Source: Octopus bimaculoides (taxonomy: Eukaryota). From it: a DNA stretch of 52,326 bases. The notes beneath the pieces are model-generated. The model ran no database searches. It saw only the letters and a list, made by a program, of their open reading frames with translations, and was not told the origin of the DNA. A program made the position numbers and the translations under genes. Each line of letters begins with the position of its first letter. The first letter of the stretch is position 1. Of the stretch, positions 36,060 through 49,151 are shown in pieces. The DNA lies in the NCBI RefSeq assembly GCF_001194135.2, contig NC_068986.1, positions 81,857,584 through 81,909,909 on the forward strand, given 5' to 3'.

Positions 36060-37960
36060 TCGCCATTATAATGTAGATGAACAGGTCTTTTCATATACTG
36101 TGTGATGGCAATTGATTCTGTCCTTTGTCATCTTCAGTGAGCTCAGCATCCTGGGACTGACCCTCACCACTTGATCCCATGTCTTCTTGGGTTTTCTGTT
36201 TCTATGGATTCCACCCACTGTAAGTGATTGGCATTTTTTCACACAGCTGCTATCATCCATATGAACCACCTGCTCAAACCAACATAGTCTTTTCTCACAC
36301 TATATCTAATTTTTCTTATGGTCAGTTTGTCTCTTAGAACATTTGTACTTTGTCATTCATGTACATTGACATTACATATTCTGTGGAGCATACTTCATTT
36401 CTTTCTGGTCTTCACAGTCAGGGCCCATGTTTAACTTGTATATAGTATTTTAATTTGTACACAAGAATCATTTAGTCTGCTTTTCAATTTGAGAGAGAAA
36501 CCTTATGTAACAAACAGAGTTAATAGCTCCTCAGACTATCTTCAGTCTGTTCTTATTCTGGCTACTATACTTTCAGAACATCCTCTTCCACTGCTAATTA
36601 TGTCACCTAGGTAACAGAAGCTTTCATCTACTTCCAGGGATCCTTCTAGACATTTGAGAACATCTATTTCTTATGCACACTTAGTGTTTATTGCCACTGC
36701 TCATCTGCCACATACAAAATTTACTTTTACCGTTAATCTGCCTGTGATTTCACTGTGCCTCTTTTTGTCCATAGCTTGTATCAGGTACACCATTTGGAAT
36801 TTTACCAATTCCTAGAGTCTCGTCTGTTTTCCTGCTTACTAAAGTAATAGTCTTTGCTAAGTTAAATTTGAGGCCATTTGATTATAGACTTTGCTCCCAT
36901 GACTGGACTTTTCTCTAATCTTACTACAGATTCACTTAAAGAATGAGCTCAACATCTAGTGGTTCCCATGGGCATCTGATTTCAAACTCCTCTGTTATGG
37001 CCTGTAGAACTATAATAGATAGAAGGGGACTGAGAACCAAGCTTTGGTGAACCCCTACAGGCACACACACACTTTGCTGACAGCATCCAGTACATGGCTT
37101 GTATGGTCCTCACAAACCATTTGTCTGCTATCTTTCTCAGTGATCTCCAGAGCAAGGTACCATGTCAGAGGCTTTCTCCAAGTTGACAAATACTAAATAC
37201 AAAAGGTTATTTTTAACTATATACTTTAATAGTTTCTTTACTTGAAAAATAGCAGCAGTAGTACTTCTTCCAGGCACAAAAATAAACTAAATCTCATCTA
37301 GACTAATTCTCTTTCTGTAAATTTCATAATTAGGTGACTAGCTTGTATCCTATTCTACCAGATATTTGAAGATTTCTCTGGTGATTCCTGATCAACCAAG
37401 GATTTTCCTTGCTTTCATATCCTTAATTGCTTTATCTATCATATTGCTGGGTATTAGTTAAGTATATGCTACAAAGACACTCCTTCTTCCAGGCATTCTC
37501 CACATTTAACAGTTTCATAGTAGCACTTCCATGGTTCTTTTCAAAATCATTAAGTGCAAATGTACCATTATCCATCCACATGTATTTCTCTTCCACATCT
37601 TGAGTTTTGCGAGCACACTCACTTGAAATCCAGAACACCTCATACCTCAGATCCGTACATTGTAGAACATTTTGCAAACCTTTAACCTTTTACTTTGCCC
37701 TTTGCTAAGTAGCCCTGTTATCTGGCTTCTATTCTAGCTATCCAGTATAGCTTTCTGTCCACACTGCTTCCTCCATTCTAAGCTTGTCTTTTTACTTTTA
37801 TAGCCCTGCTTGCCTCACTGCTCCTCTTTTATATCACATTCAACCTAGATACAGATTAAGTCTCTAGCCCTCAGCAGATTGTTGTGTAGGAACTTCCAGT
37901 TTTCTTTGGTCTTCTAGTTATCCATCCTATCAATTTGTTTTTGAAGTTGGCTCTATGGTT
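36060..37960 (-). mobile_element. RTE-clade LINE relic (RT and C-terminal region)
   Basis: Minus-strand ORF pieces MDDSSCVKKCQSLTVGGIHRNRKPKKTWDQVVR (RTE C-terminus) and KNHGSATMKLLNVENAW, plus the GKSLVDQESP/KAIKDMKA region. Heavily interrupted. Confidence 0.8.
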
Positions 37961-38167
37961 AGGAAGTCCCCCGCCATTCCAACTCTATAATTTCAGGTCT
38001 GTTCCTTCTGCTTGGAATGAAAGACATATATCTTCTATTGCCTTGGGCTAACCAATGCCTTGTGAGTGGAACTGGTAGATGGAAAATGTATAGAATCAAA
38101 TTATGTGTGTGTTCTGTTTTATGCAGTGTGTAAATCATGTCACTGCATAAGTAGTGTTACTCTTTAA

Positions 38168-38389
38168 CCCTTTCGTTACCGTATTTCTGTTGAGATACTC
38201 TGTGTTTCTTTCAATTAATTTTAAATATAATAAAGAATTTAATAAAATGACTTAGCTATCATTACAATAGTGTTAGGAACATAAACTATGACTAAGGTTT
38301 GATGGAAGATTTTAATTCAAAACTTTTGAAAACAAGACATTTGTACTACAGAGCCAGAGGTGGTTTCAGGTGGGTTGGTATCAAAAGGG
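38168..38389. mobile_element. piggyBac-like MITE
   Basis: TTAA|ccctttcgttacc ... ggtatcaaaaggg|TTAA. The TIR matches at 11 of 13 positions, with TTAA at 38164-38167 and 38390-38393. Confidence 0.8.
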
Positions 38390-39369
38390 TTAAATCTGCC
38401 TTAAAATTGTGCCCAGCTGTTTAGCAGTTTGTCATTTGAAAGATGAGCAAAATAAGTATCATGCTTATCTAATATGTAAACAAGGATTGGTTGCAGGAAG
38501 ACATCCTGGCATTGAATACTTCTTTGACAAGTCTCATCTAACCCATGCTAGCAAGGAAAGAATGGATGTAAAAACAAAACTGCTGCTGACAATGATGAAT
38601 ATGAGTGGATCCAAGACTACATTATCCAATGTTTATTCTTTTTGAAAGAAAGTGGGGTTTGATTTGAGGTTGATTTATTCGGTTGTTGTAAGTATGGGGA
38701 TTCTTTTTAGTACAAGAGGTGAAGTACAAGCTATGGGGATGGGACATAAGTAATTATTAAAATAATAAGTTTATGATTCTACTTTGTCATAGAGGATAAA
38801 TAACCAGTTGTTAGGAACTCACGATGTTTGTAATGTACAATGTTTCTGAGCACTGGCAGTGAGGTGGTGTGAATTCACAGACGTCCACCAGTTCAGAGTC
38901 TTATATGAACCAGAAGTTAAGTACAGAGCATACTCTTAATTAATTGATTAATGATATAAACCATTCTTTATGGCTACAGAACAGAGCTTTCTAAACTTTT
39001 CATACTGACAACTCACTTTTCAAGAATAAGTTTTGATGATTAATTTTGCTAATGACATGAAATTAGTAAACAATTAACTATCACATTACCTATTTAACTT
39101 TTCTCAGAGATGTTGAAACTTAAATATACTTCACAGTAAAATATATGTAAAAATTAATCACATTTTGCTTATTTTCATAACACACCTAGAGATTATTCAT
39201 GACACACAGTTTGGAAATCTGTGATGTTAATGATCCCTTGTAAGCTGATGTTTCTCTGGTTGTACACACAAGTGCATTTTCTTCTTTTATATACATTTTC
39301 TACCAGTACCTTCAATGGAGGGGCCATTATTACAATCTAACATTAATGTAAAAGTGACCTGCATGAAGA

Positions 39370-40400
39370 GAAAGGGGTTTATTATGCCAACCTCATGTTT
39401 ACTATATATTGAAATCTACTGAGTATAATTAAATTGGCATTACTTTATTGGGTAACCAAGATATTTTACAAATAATTTTGACTTAATAAGAGAACTGTTA
39501 CATGGTTGCTCAACCTATAAGAAATCTACCAATCCCAAACCAAATGAAGAAGCCTTGTACATAGACATAGGTTCCAACCACCCACCAGCAGTCATTAAAC
39601 AATTAGTTAATAACATTAGCAGGTGCATCTCCAATCTATCCGCCAATAAAGACACTTTTGAAAAGCCACCCCATGCTATAACACTGCATTAGAAAGGTCC
39701 AACATTAAGAATAGCATAAACTGCATTGAACCAAATACAGATAGACCAAGAAGATGCAGACAGAAGAAACTCTTGTGGTTTAACCCACCTTATAGCATGA
39801 ATGTAGTCACTAACATAGGAAATTCTTAAACTTAATAAACAATCATTTTCCAAATTCACACAAATATCATAAGATCTTCAACAAAAACACTATAATAGTT
39901 AACTATAGTTGTATCTCCAATATACACTCAATGATACTCAAGCACAATAAAAATAAACACACCAGAAATACCCTTGAAAGACACAGTAACTCTAAATCTC
40001 TATACTGCTGTCTTCTAAATATTAACTGTCTGGAAAGCGAACTTGTCTACAAGGCCAAAATCATGGATCCCAATAGAGTAATAAACACGTATATCAGAAT
40101 GACAGGCAACTTGTTCAATGAAAGATACACACAACACCTGGCATCATTTAGGGACAAAAACAAAAGACATGCAACATCTTTATCCAATATGATATGGACA
40201 TTGAAAGAAGGAGAAGTAAGTAGCCCCCAGATAATATGGAGCATCATTGCTAAAGTTAAAAAGTACAGAGGACAAGGTACCAAATGTGAGCTCTGTATCA
40301 CTGATAATCAACAGATAACATCCTAAATATTAGGGATGAAATATTCTCTTCTTGCATACACAAGCAATATTTCACACTCCGAAATTTCAAAGAGGAACCG
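39370..40400 (+). mobile_element. Penelope-like retroelement relic with GIY-YIG endonuclease domain
   Basis: KLLWFNPPYSMNVVTNIG...HFPNSHKYHKIFNKNTIIVNYSC (about 39765-39915) and YIRMTGNLFNERYTQHLASFRDKNKRHATSLSNMIWTLKE...WSIIAK...KCELCITD (ORF 39931-40326) match PLE linker and GIY-YIG motifs. Confidence 0.85.
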
Positions 40401-40817
40401 CCACCTGTACCACCAACCTCACCAGGATAGTTTCCTTCCCTGAACAGGAACATTGAATATATACAGCACACAAACTCTACACATAGAAGAAACACATCCC
40501 ACACAATGAACTCACTCAGCACACAAACATATAAGCATCACATATACTCAAAAGAATACAATATAATATAATGCAAATAAATTCACCATCCAACGCGGTT
40601 ATATCAAACCCAAGGGAAATAATCACTCAAAAGGTATCATCTAAGAATAGCGCCCTTTGATTTCTTGTTTTCTTTACGAAACTTTTGTTAATTACCAAGA
40701 CATTTTGTGTTTTCATCTAAAATGGAGACAAACACCATTCCTCTATGTGATCAGCTTGAAAAATTAAGATAATTTTCTTAACATGAAACCAATGATAGCC
40801 TTAATACACACACACAC

Positions 40818-40868
<51 letters not shown>

Positions 40869-41413
40869 NNNNNNNNNNNNNNNNNNNNNNNNNNNNNNNN
40901 NNNNNNNNNNNNNNNNNNNNNNNNNNNNNNNNNNNNNNNNNNNNNNNNNNNNNNNNNNNNNNNNNNNNNNNNNNNNNNNNNNNNNNNNNNNNNNNNNNNN
41001 NNNNNNNNNNNNNNNNNNNNNNNNNNNNNNNNNNNNNNNNNNNNNNNNNNNNNNNNNNNNNNNNNNNNNNNNNNNNNNNNNNNNNNNNNNNNNNNNNNNN
41101 NNNNNNNNNNNNNNNNNNNNNNNNNNNNNNNNNNNNNNNNNNNNNNNNNNNNNNNNNNNNNNNNNNNNNNNNNNNNNNNNNNNNNNNNNNNNNNNGGTTA
41201 ACAAGGCCACCAGTGGTTTTGTGTAAAGAAGAATCTCTTAAAATGATCAAGCCTGCCATATGGAAACATTGGTTCTTGTCTCCATTTTGGATGAGAATGA
41301 TCAAAGATACATGAGACTTTATGGAATTTGGGGATAAATATATATACAGATCCTGGGAGGTAACTTAAAAGATTTCCTTATAAGTTACCTCCCATGTTAA
41401 ACGATGATGATGA

Positions 41414-41453
<40 letters not shown>

Positions 41454-42053
41454 ATATATATATTTCAAAATTTTTCCTACTGATGCTCCAACGATTCAGC
41501 CAAATCCCCACCTTTATAAAAATAATATTATTAATAATAATCGATAAGTATTGATTAATAACAATAATTATTGATTAATGACATTACACAGACAAAGGTA
41601 CACAGTCGGAGGTTATAGATGATGTCATGCAAATGTGAACAAAGGCAATGAAAGAGCACTGAACCCTTTTCAATCAATCAATCCACCTCTTCATAAATAT
41701 CAATTCATCCACGTACATATCTTTGCAAAACTATAATGGCCCTTAATGCTTGTCTTTGTTGATTGTTTACTTTGCATGTCCACTCAGTTGTTGTTTGTTT
41801 GTTCGTTTGAAGCCTTAACTCTCCACAAATTTTATATTTTTAAAATTTCTGGATGCTGCTGTCTTATGAAGTTTTCCTATTTTGTCTTTTGTCTTTGAAA
41901 GCACGAAATGGGGAGTAGTAAAACAGTTGACAACTGACGAGGATTTCTCTTCTTTTGGTATTTTGTCCTATACTTATCTCTTGAGTGTTTACGTATTTTT
42001 CACTTGTTGGTGATTTCCTGTACTTAATGTGTATTATATATATATATGTATAC

Positions 42054-42390
42054 ATAAATGAGTAACAAAGATGTCTAAGTGTCACTTCATTACGCCCATT
42101 TCAAGTGACACCTTTAATTGATCAATGAAAGCTTTACATCATTACAAAGAAACCATTCCCATTAGATGACTGAACAGAGCTCAAGCATAGATTTAGCAGT
42201 GGAATCATTGTAAATATTTGCTCTCTATTGAAGATTTGAATATGTTTGAATATCTAACTTGTCCTTTATGCTTGAGGTCTTTGAGAATGGTTTCTTTGTA
42301 ATGATGTAATGCTTTTCATTGATCGATTAAAGGAGTCACTTGAAATGGGTGTAATGAATTGACACTTATACATCTTTGTTACTCATTTAT
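42054..42390. repeat. Long inverted repeat (arms 42054-42158 and 42285-42390, roughly 90% identical by eye); fold-back/MITE-like
   Basis: ataaatgagtaacaaagatgtctaagtgtcacttcattacgcccatttcaagtgac... is the reverse complement of ...gtcacttgaaatgggtgtaatgaattgacacttatacatctttgttactcatttat, with a few mismatches. Confidence 0.9.
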
Positions 42391-44889
42391 TTCTTATTCA
42401 CTTACCCTGGAATCTGCATTTTGGAAGTATTATGGAAAGTATCTTTATATAAAGTACATGTCTGAACAAACATGAGTGAATTTATTCACTAAGTTAGATC
42501 ATGCTATCTGCATACACTGCAAGAATATTAGGGGGAAGATCATTCTGCATAGAGTTTGATACTCACCTGATATTGTCTGAATGTGCAAATTAGTTTGTCT
42601 TAACAAGGTGCCTCAATTCAAGTACATAATTCAGTTGAATCTAAATTACATNNNNNNNNNNNNNNNNNNNNNNNNNNNNNNNNNNNNNNNNNNNNNNNNN
42701 NNNNNNNNNNNNNNNNNNNNNNNNNNNNNNNNNNNNNNNNNNNNNNNNNNNNNNNNNNNNNNNNNNNNNNNNNNNNNNNNNNNNNNNNNNNNNNNNNNNN
42801 NNNNNNNNNNNNNNNNNNNNNNNNNNNNNNNNNNNNNNNNNNNNNNNNNNNNNNNNNNNNNTTTTAGTATGAAGTGGTAAAGAGTGTGATGTGCTGAAAA
42901 AAGAGAGAACAGTACTTGAAGTGTAGTTTCATTCCAGTGGTAAATATCCATGTAGAAATCCGTGCAAAGTAATCCTTGTGTGAATAATCTGGAAATTTAT
43001 GTTGGAACGAAAGTTGATATAGCATAGATAGTAGAGGTATATATATTCCATATTGCGATGGATTTTTGCTTGTTTACTTGAAGAATGTCCAAGTCAAGTG
43101 AAAAGTGAGTGGTAATTAGGTCAAGTCAAGAAGACAGAATGTGAAAGGGGATAGAGAAGATATAGAGGGGGAGGATGGTAGCGATATATTTATGGTCAGT
43201 TGGTCTTAACAGGGTAGAAGGGATGAGCATATAGAGTGAAGGAGGAATAGGGAGATGAGGTTAAAAGGTCTAGTGAGTAGGAAGGAATGCGTGTGTGTAG
43301 TATATAGGTGGTGGGGGTATGAGTGATAAATCAAGGACAGAGATAAAGGAAAGGGGCAAACTATACAGCACTTACTCGGTATTACCTGTATCCTCCTGGG
43401 TTTGGTTAAATCCAATACCCTTTACCCACTCCCATTGATTGCACCTAACCAGTGTAGCAATATTTGGGTACCCTCCCAGCAGTATACTGGATAGATACTA
43501 TCCCTTAGTGGGTTGAACCCCCAACCCCTAACTCTCTCACGCTATATATATATATAGATATATATATATATATATCATATATATCATCATCATCGTTTAA
43601 CGTCCGCTTTCCATGCTAGCATGGGTTGTGCCAGCAGATAGTGTTTAAACCATTTAGCATATAGTCAAAGTTGGTGATATGGCTTGCAATGGGCCTTGTT
43701 CAGTATGCGATATTGATAAATCAGAACAATGATGAAATGTTGATGTCTGGTCACTCCATAAAAGAACCCACGTGAATTGCCTTGCTTGACTATGATTTAC
43801 TTTCAGGTGGTTTTTTTACAGCAGGCGCATAGGGAATATATTCTCTTACACTTAAAAACTACAGCTGACCCACAAACTCACAACACACATATCATGTGTA
43901 TGTGTGTTCTCTTGCTCTGTCTTGAATTGATTTCTTGAATTCATTCATTTTCTGGAGCCCAACACAGACTTCTCAAGTGAGATGTTTTCACAGTTTCCAC
44001 CAGATTCCTGATGTCTTATTTTTTTTTTGACAGACATTCCCCATTTTAAACTTGTTTTGATTGTTTGGTATTCTTCCCACATTTAAATATTGTCTCACTT
44101 GTAATTCTTACTAATGGATGATTCTATATGTTAAATAGACATTAATTTGTGTCGCTTTTATACTTGCCCTGCTTTACATATAAAAGACTTTCAAACACAT
44201 ATCACATGTCATTTGTTTATTCCAGTTTTGTAGTTGATTTCCAGGCTTCACAAGTGTAACATTAGAATAAAAAGAACATTTTAGTTAAATGTATGCAATT
44301 ATGTTTGGTTTCTGTGAAGTTTTAGTCCATATTTTCAGTCTAGAATCTTATATGTTCTTATGTATGCATTCAACCAATTGAAAATACAACGGAAGGTAAT
44401 TTACATATTTTCTTCATTTCGTCTTTAACTTCCATTTGACCTATGAATTAATACAAAAGTATATGGAAACATATTGTATTAATGAATAATTATTAAATAT
44501 TGTTTTGCTGATTTAACAAGTGTTATGTGTCATGAGTATTCCAGTTGTGTAAGTGAGGCTGGAACCTGCTTTCCTTCTTTTTAAATAAAGGACAAATTTA
44601 TAATTGATAAAAATCCTTGACAAAAATTTTAATGGTCTTAATACATAGAATCTTGTCTCACACAAGAACACACTGACATGAATTCATCAAATGTCATCAG
44701 CAGTGAAACTTGTGACCTTTTTATTTCTCAATGACATTTCTTAGACATTTCCAAAATTCACTTTACCCAGGAATACCCCCACCCAGTTACACCACACCCA
44801 GCAATAACTAGGAACCTCACACAGCATTTCTTTCACCCCTTCCTGTCTATGAGGAACAATTTTATCACACTGTTGATGTGTTTACAAAT

Positions 44890-44941
<52 letters not shown>

Positions 44942-45032
44942 ATTTTAGAAAGGTGTTTAAATGTGTCTGTGAATATGTACACATGTGTGAATACACATAC
45001 ATACATACATACATACATACATACATACGTAT

Positions 45033-45063
<31 letters not shown>

Positions 45064-46623
45064 TGCACATTTAGTGTGCTGTCACTTGTGATGCCAATGT
45101 TGTGCTCCAAACAATGATTAAACACAAAGAATTAATTCAAGATAGCACAAGAAATTAGTCCAGTCCTTAATATAGCCCATTGTAGTCCTATATAGCCCAG
45201 ACTACAATATGCAATAAGATGACTGGACTATATAGGTCTGCAATGAGCCATATTGGAATATAGTCTGGTGTAGTGCAGCAGAGTGTACAGACTACTATTG
45301 TTCACTACAGTACTGCACTTTTCTTTTAATATAGCTGCATCCCTCCATAAATATCACATGTTCATACCATTGCAGTCTTCTCTCTTCATGCCAGTGCAGC
45401 CTTCTCTCTTCATGCAAATGCAGTCTGTCACTGACATACATCCAGTAGAGCATGTTTGCTTTACTTCATTCAGGCCTTTTTGCAAGCATTCTGCCTTCAT
45501 AGCCCACATCTCACTACCCTTTGGCATTGCAATTCAATGACAAATATTGTGAAATGTACCCTTTATTCTGGGAGAAGTTTTTGGTGTTAGGAGAGATGAT
45601 AGCTCTCTGAACTTTCTCCAACCTGGTCTTACCATACTTACTCTGGCTACCATACTTTAGGAACCCTCATTTCCACTCTAATAAAGTCACCTAATTAACA
45701 GAAAATATTAACTACTTCTAGAGGACTGTCTGACATTTGACAGCATCTACTTGTTGAACAGAGAAAACATATAGTCCTGTTTTTAAAAGGATTTTTGCAC
45801 TGGGGCTATGCTAAAATGCACTCAATAGACTCGTTTCTGTGAAGTGGCTGACAGTAGGAAGAATCTCCAGCTGTAGAAACCAAAGCAAAAGGAAACCTAC
45901 AAGCACCAGTCTATGAGAGCAGTAGCTTCCATTAAAATTAACTTAGACCACAGTGACCCATCCAATCCATGCTTACATGGAAATTGGATGCAACAGTTCT
46001 ATCAGCTGTCTGCCTGTCTGTCAATCCATCTAACCATCTATGCCTGCATGTATGAACAGATGCATACATACATACATACATACATAAGCAGTTGTCTGAA
46101 AATGTCATCATGGTACTATCTACTGACGAGACATGATGTTGTAGCTAGGACACTCTATTATGAAATTCGTGGGATGGATTAGTGTGGTTGTTTCGTATGC
46201 TATAGGCCTTAAAATATACCCATTTGATTCCTGCTATTTTTAGCATAATAAATGAATCATGCAGAGGATGTATTATTTTGAAGTTTGTTTAAAAGAGTAA
46301 GATTAAGTCTCCAATAAGATAATGAAAGACATATTTACTGAGCATGTGAGTACTTCCATAAATGTTATGAAACTTTGGTTCATAACCTTGAATTTAATGA
46401 ATTATAATTTATCCAAAACACCTTTCCATAAAAACCAACCAGGAAAACTTAATTACCACCCTGCTGAAAGCCATACACCCAAATATGATTTTAACTCAAC
46501 AGAGATTATAAAAATTCTAATGCATCACAGTCCAATGATGGCCTAATTGGCCAAAACTTCAAAGTTACAGTCAACAGCATTTTTGTTCAAGAATAATCTA
46601 TCTATATATATATATACACACAT

Positions 46624-46714
<91 letters not shown>

Positions 46715-47559
46715 TGCACACATACAAATATATATATTATATATATATCATCATCATCATGGACTCCTCTGTTGTTAGATGATTTGTTTATACTGATCAA
46801 AGTGTTTGTGTTTACATAAGCTAACTCCCTCCATCAAATTGACATTACCTGTACAGGTGCCACATGTCAGATGATGAAATGATCTCAGAGCAACGTGAAA
46901 TGAAGTGCTTTGCCCAAGAACACAACGCAGCGCCTGATCTGAGAATTGAACCTACAATCTCGCAATCATGAGTGCAACACCTTAACCACTAAGCCATGCA
47001 CCTTCCATGCATATGTGCGTGTGCATGCATGCAACCTAGTGTAAATAACAACAACAATGTATACATATAACAAAACCATACTGATATATTGATTGAAATA
47101 CATGCAATATCACACACACACACACGTAAATACAGTTATGCATGCACACACATTTATTGTTTCAAATCCTGGTGGACATAGCAGATGGATGCAGTTATAA
47201 AGAAAATTCCTTACAAAAGGCTCACCTCCTCTTTTCACCTTCATCCTCTCCCTTATACTGTCTTTATCTCCACAACCCTCTGCTTTGCCAGCCCTCACTT
47301 CTGCTCTCACCTTTGTCTTTCTTCAAAACCCATCAAATATATTTCAAACAACTGAGATGGTGGCTGTAATTGAAGCCACTAATAAATATGTATAGAGTAT
47401 ATATGGCCAGCATGTGGGTGTATGTTGGTTAAGTGCTTAGTATACTGGACAACTTTACTCATAGGTCATATGTCCTAAGTTTCGTTTGGTATCACATTGT
47501 AATTTTGAACGTTACCTTATTCTTTGTACTATTTCTGTGTAGACCAATTTCAGACCCTA

Positions 47560-47985
47560 ACATCATCATCATCATCATCATCATCATTTAACGTCTGCTT
47601 TCCATGCTGGCATGGGTTGTACGGTTTGACTGAGGACTGGCAAGCCAGGAGGATGCACCAGGTTCCAATCTGATCTGGCAAGGTTTCTACAGCTGGATGC
47701 CCTTCCTAATGCCAACCACTCCGAGAGCGTAGTGGGTGCTTTTTACGTGCCACCAGCATGGGGGCCAATCAAGTGGCACTGGCATCGACCACGCTTAAAT
47801 GGTGCTTTTATGTGCCACCAGCACGGGAGCCAGTCCAGTGGCACTTGCAACGACTACGCTCAATGTTACTTTTTACATGCCACCGGCATGGGTGCCCATC
47901 AGGTGGTACTGGCATTGGCCACGACAGTGATTTCATTGGACTCAGCAGGTCTTCTCAAGCTCAGCATATTGTCCAATCAATTCAC
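47560..47985 (-). mobile_element. Composite SINE (antisense), same family as 16370
   Basis: (CAT)n then ttaacgtctgctttccatgctggcatggg..., followed by three tggcac(t/c)ggca..gaccacg modules. Confidence 0.8.
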
Positions 47986-48364
47986 CAAGCTTTTTATTAG
48001 ATTCCTATTTCAGACGAATGTCCATTATTTATATTCGTCAGCCTTGTGATGAAATCCACACTCTAGTTGTGACGACAAGCTTTATTTCTCTCTCTCTCTC
48101 TCTCTCTCTCTGTGATGGCCAGTCTGTGTAGCATCCTATGCTATATTAACTTTATAACTGGTATGTTATACAGCCCAAAATTTATGTCGTCCACATCTGA
48201 TAAACTCGACAAAAGCCAACTTTACTCAGAAAAGAATATCGCTGAGTAATACAAGGGAAATAATTCTTGCAGAGTAATCAAGGGATATAACTCTTTCCTT
48301 TTTCTTTTTGCTGCGTTATCAAACTGAATACTCCGGTATTTTCATGGTTGTATTTTCAAGATTA

Positions 48365-48452
48365 GATGTGTGTGCATGCGTGCGCGCTTGCGTGTGCATG
48401 TGCGCACGAACGTGTCTGTGTGTGCGTGTGTACGCGCGCATATATATATATG

Positions 48453-48529
<77 letters not shown>

Positions 48530-48625
48530 ATATATATATATATATATATGTAATATATACATATATATGTAAAATATATATATATATATATCTAATATAT
48601 ATATATATATATGTAATATATATGT
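48365..48625. repeat. Alternating purine-pyrimidine tract: (GT/GC)n then (TA)n with tgtaa interruptions
   Basis: Directly visible. Confidence 0.9.
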
Positions 48626-49151
48626 AGTAATACCTCACTTTACGAGGATCCGCTTTACGAGTTCTATCTTATAACAAATATAAAAGATTAAACAGCTAAG
48701 GTCCAAATTTTGAACGAAGTGTACAAGTTTCTACTACCATAACAAATGTTTCTGCGTGTTACCGAGAAATTTTTAGATTTGTTTTTAAAAAAGAAATCTA
48801 CAAGTCCGTCTACGAGTGCTTGTGAATCGGCGATCGCGTCTAGAAGTGATGGTGTGTGCAAGTCTAGTGCGAATGAAAGTGATTCAGAAAGCAATGATAA
48901 TAATAATGATATCTTTTATTGTGAATGATCTTGACATTCTTTTTACTTTACATAAAATACTATTTACAATCTACTGTTGTTTTATTGGCATTTATTTACG
49001 TGTATTATAAATTTTATACTTAAAATATTTTTCTGGGAACAAATTACGATTCTTAATATTGCTACTATGGAAAATTACTGCTCGGATTTACAAGTTTTCG
49101 CTTTACGAGCGACCTCCAGGAACAGATGCCATCGGATATCGAGGCATTACT
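48626..49151. mobile_element. Tigger/pogo-type (Tc1/mariner) non-autonomous element
   Basis: Left end agtaatacctcactttacga against the reverse complement of the right end, agtaatgcctcgatatccga. Internal cgctttacgag repeats. Flanked by (TA)n and (CT)n. Confidence 0.65.

Noticed and set aside
40750-40800. Possible decayed hammerhead after the Penelope ORF (cagcttgaaaaa-ttaaga...tcttaa-catgaaaccaat)
   Set aside because: The core box, closing pair, cleavage triplet and stem I all deviate; too degenerate to support.
42870-43140. Minus-strand peptide scraps (LDLITTHFSLDLDILQVN; DFYMDIYHW) reminiscent of Penelope RT
   Set aside because: The similarity is too weak to call without a profile search.
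45560-45760. Minus-strand LKYGSQ...RLEKVQR, like a CR1/L2 LINE C-terminus
   Set aside because: A single short motif; plausible but not supportable by eye.
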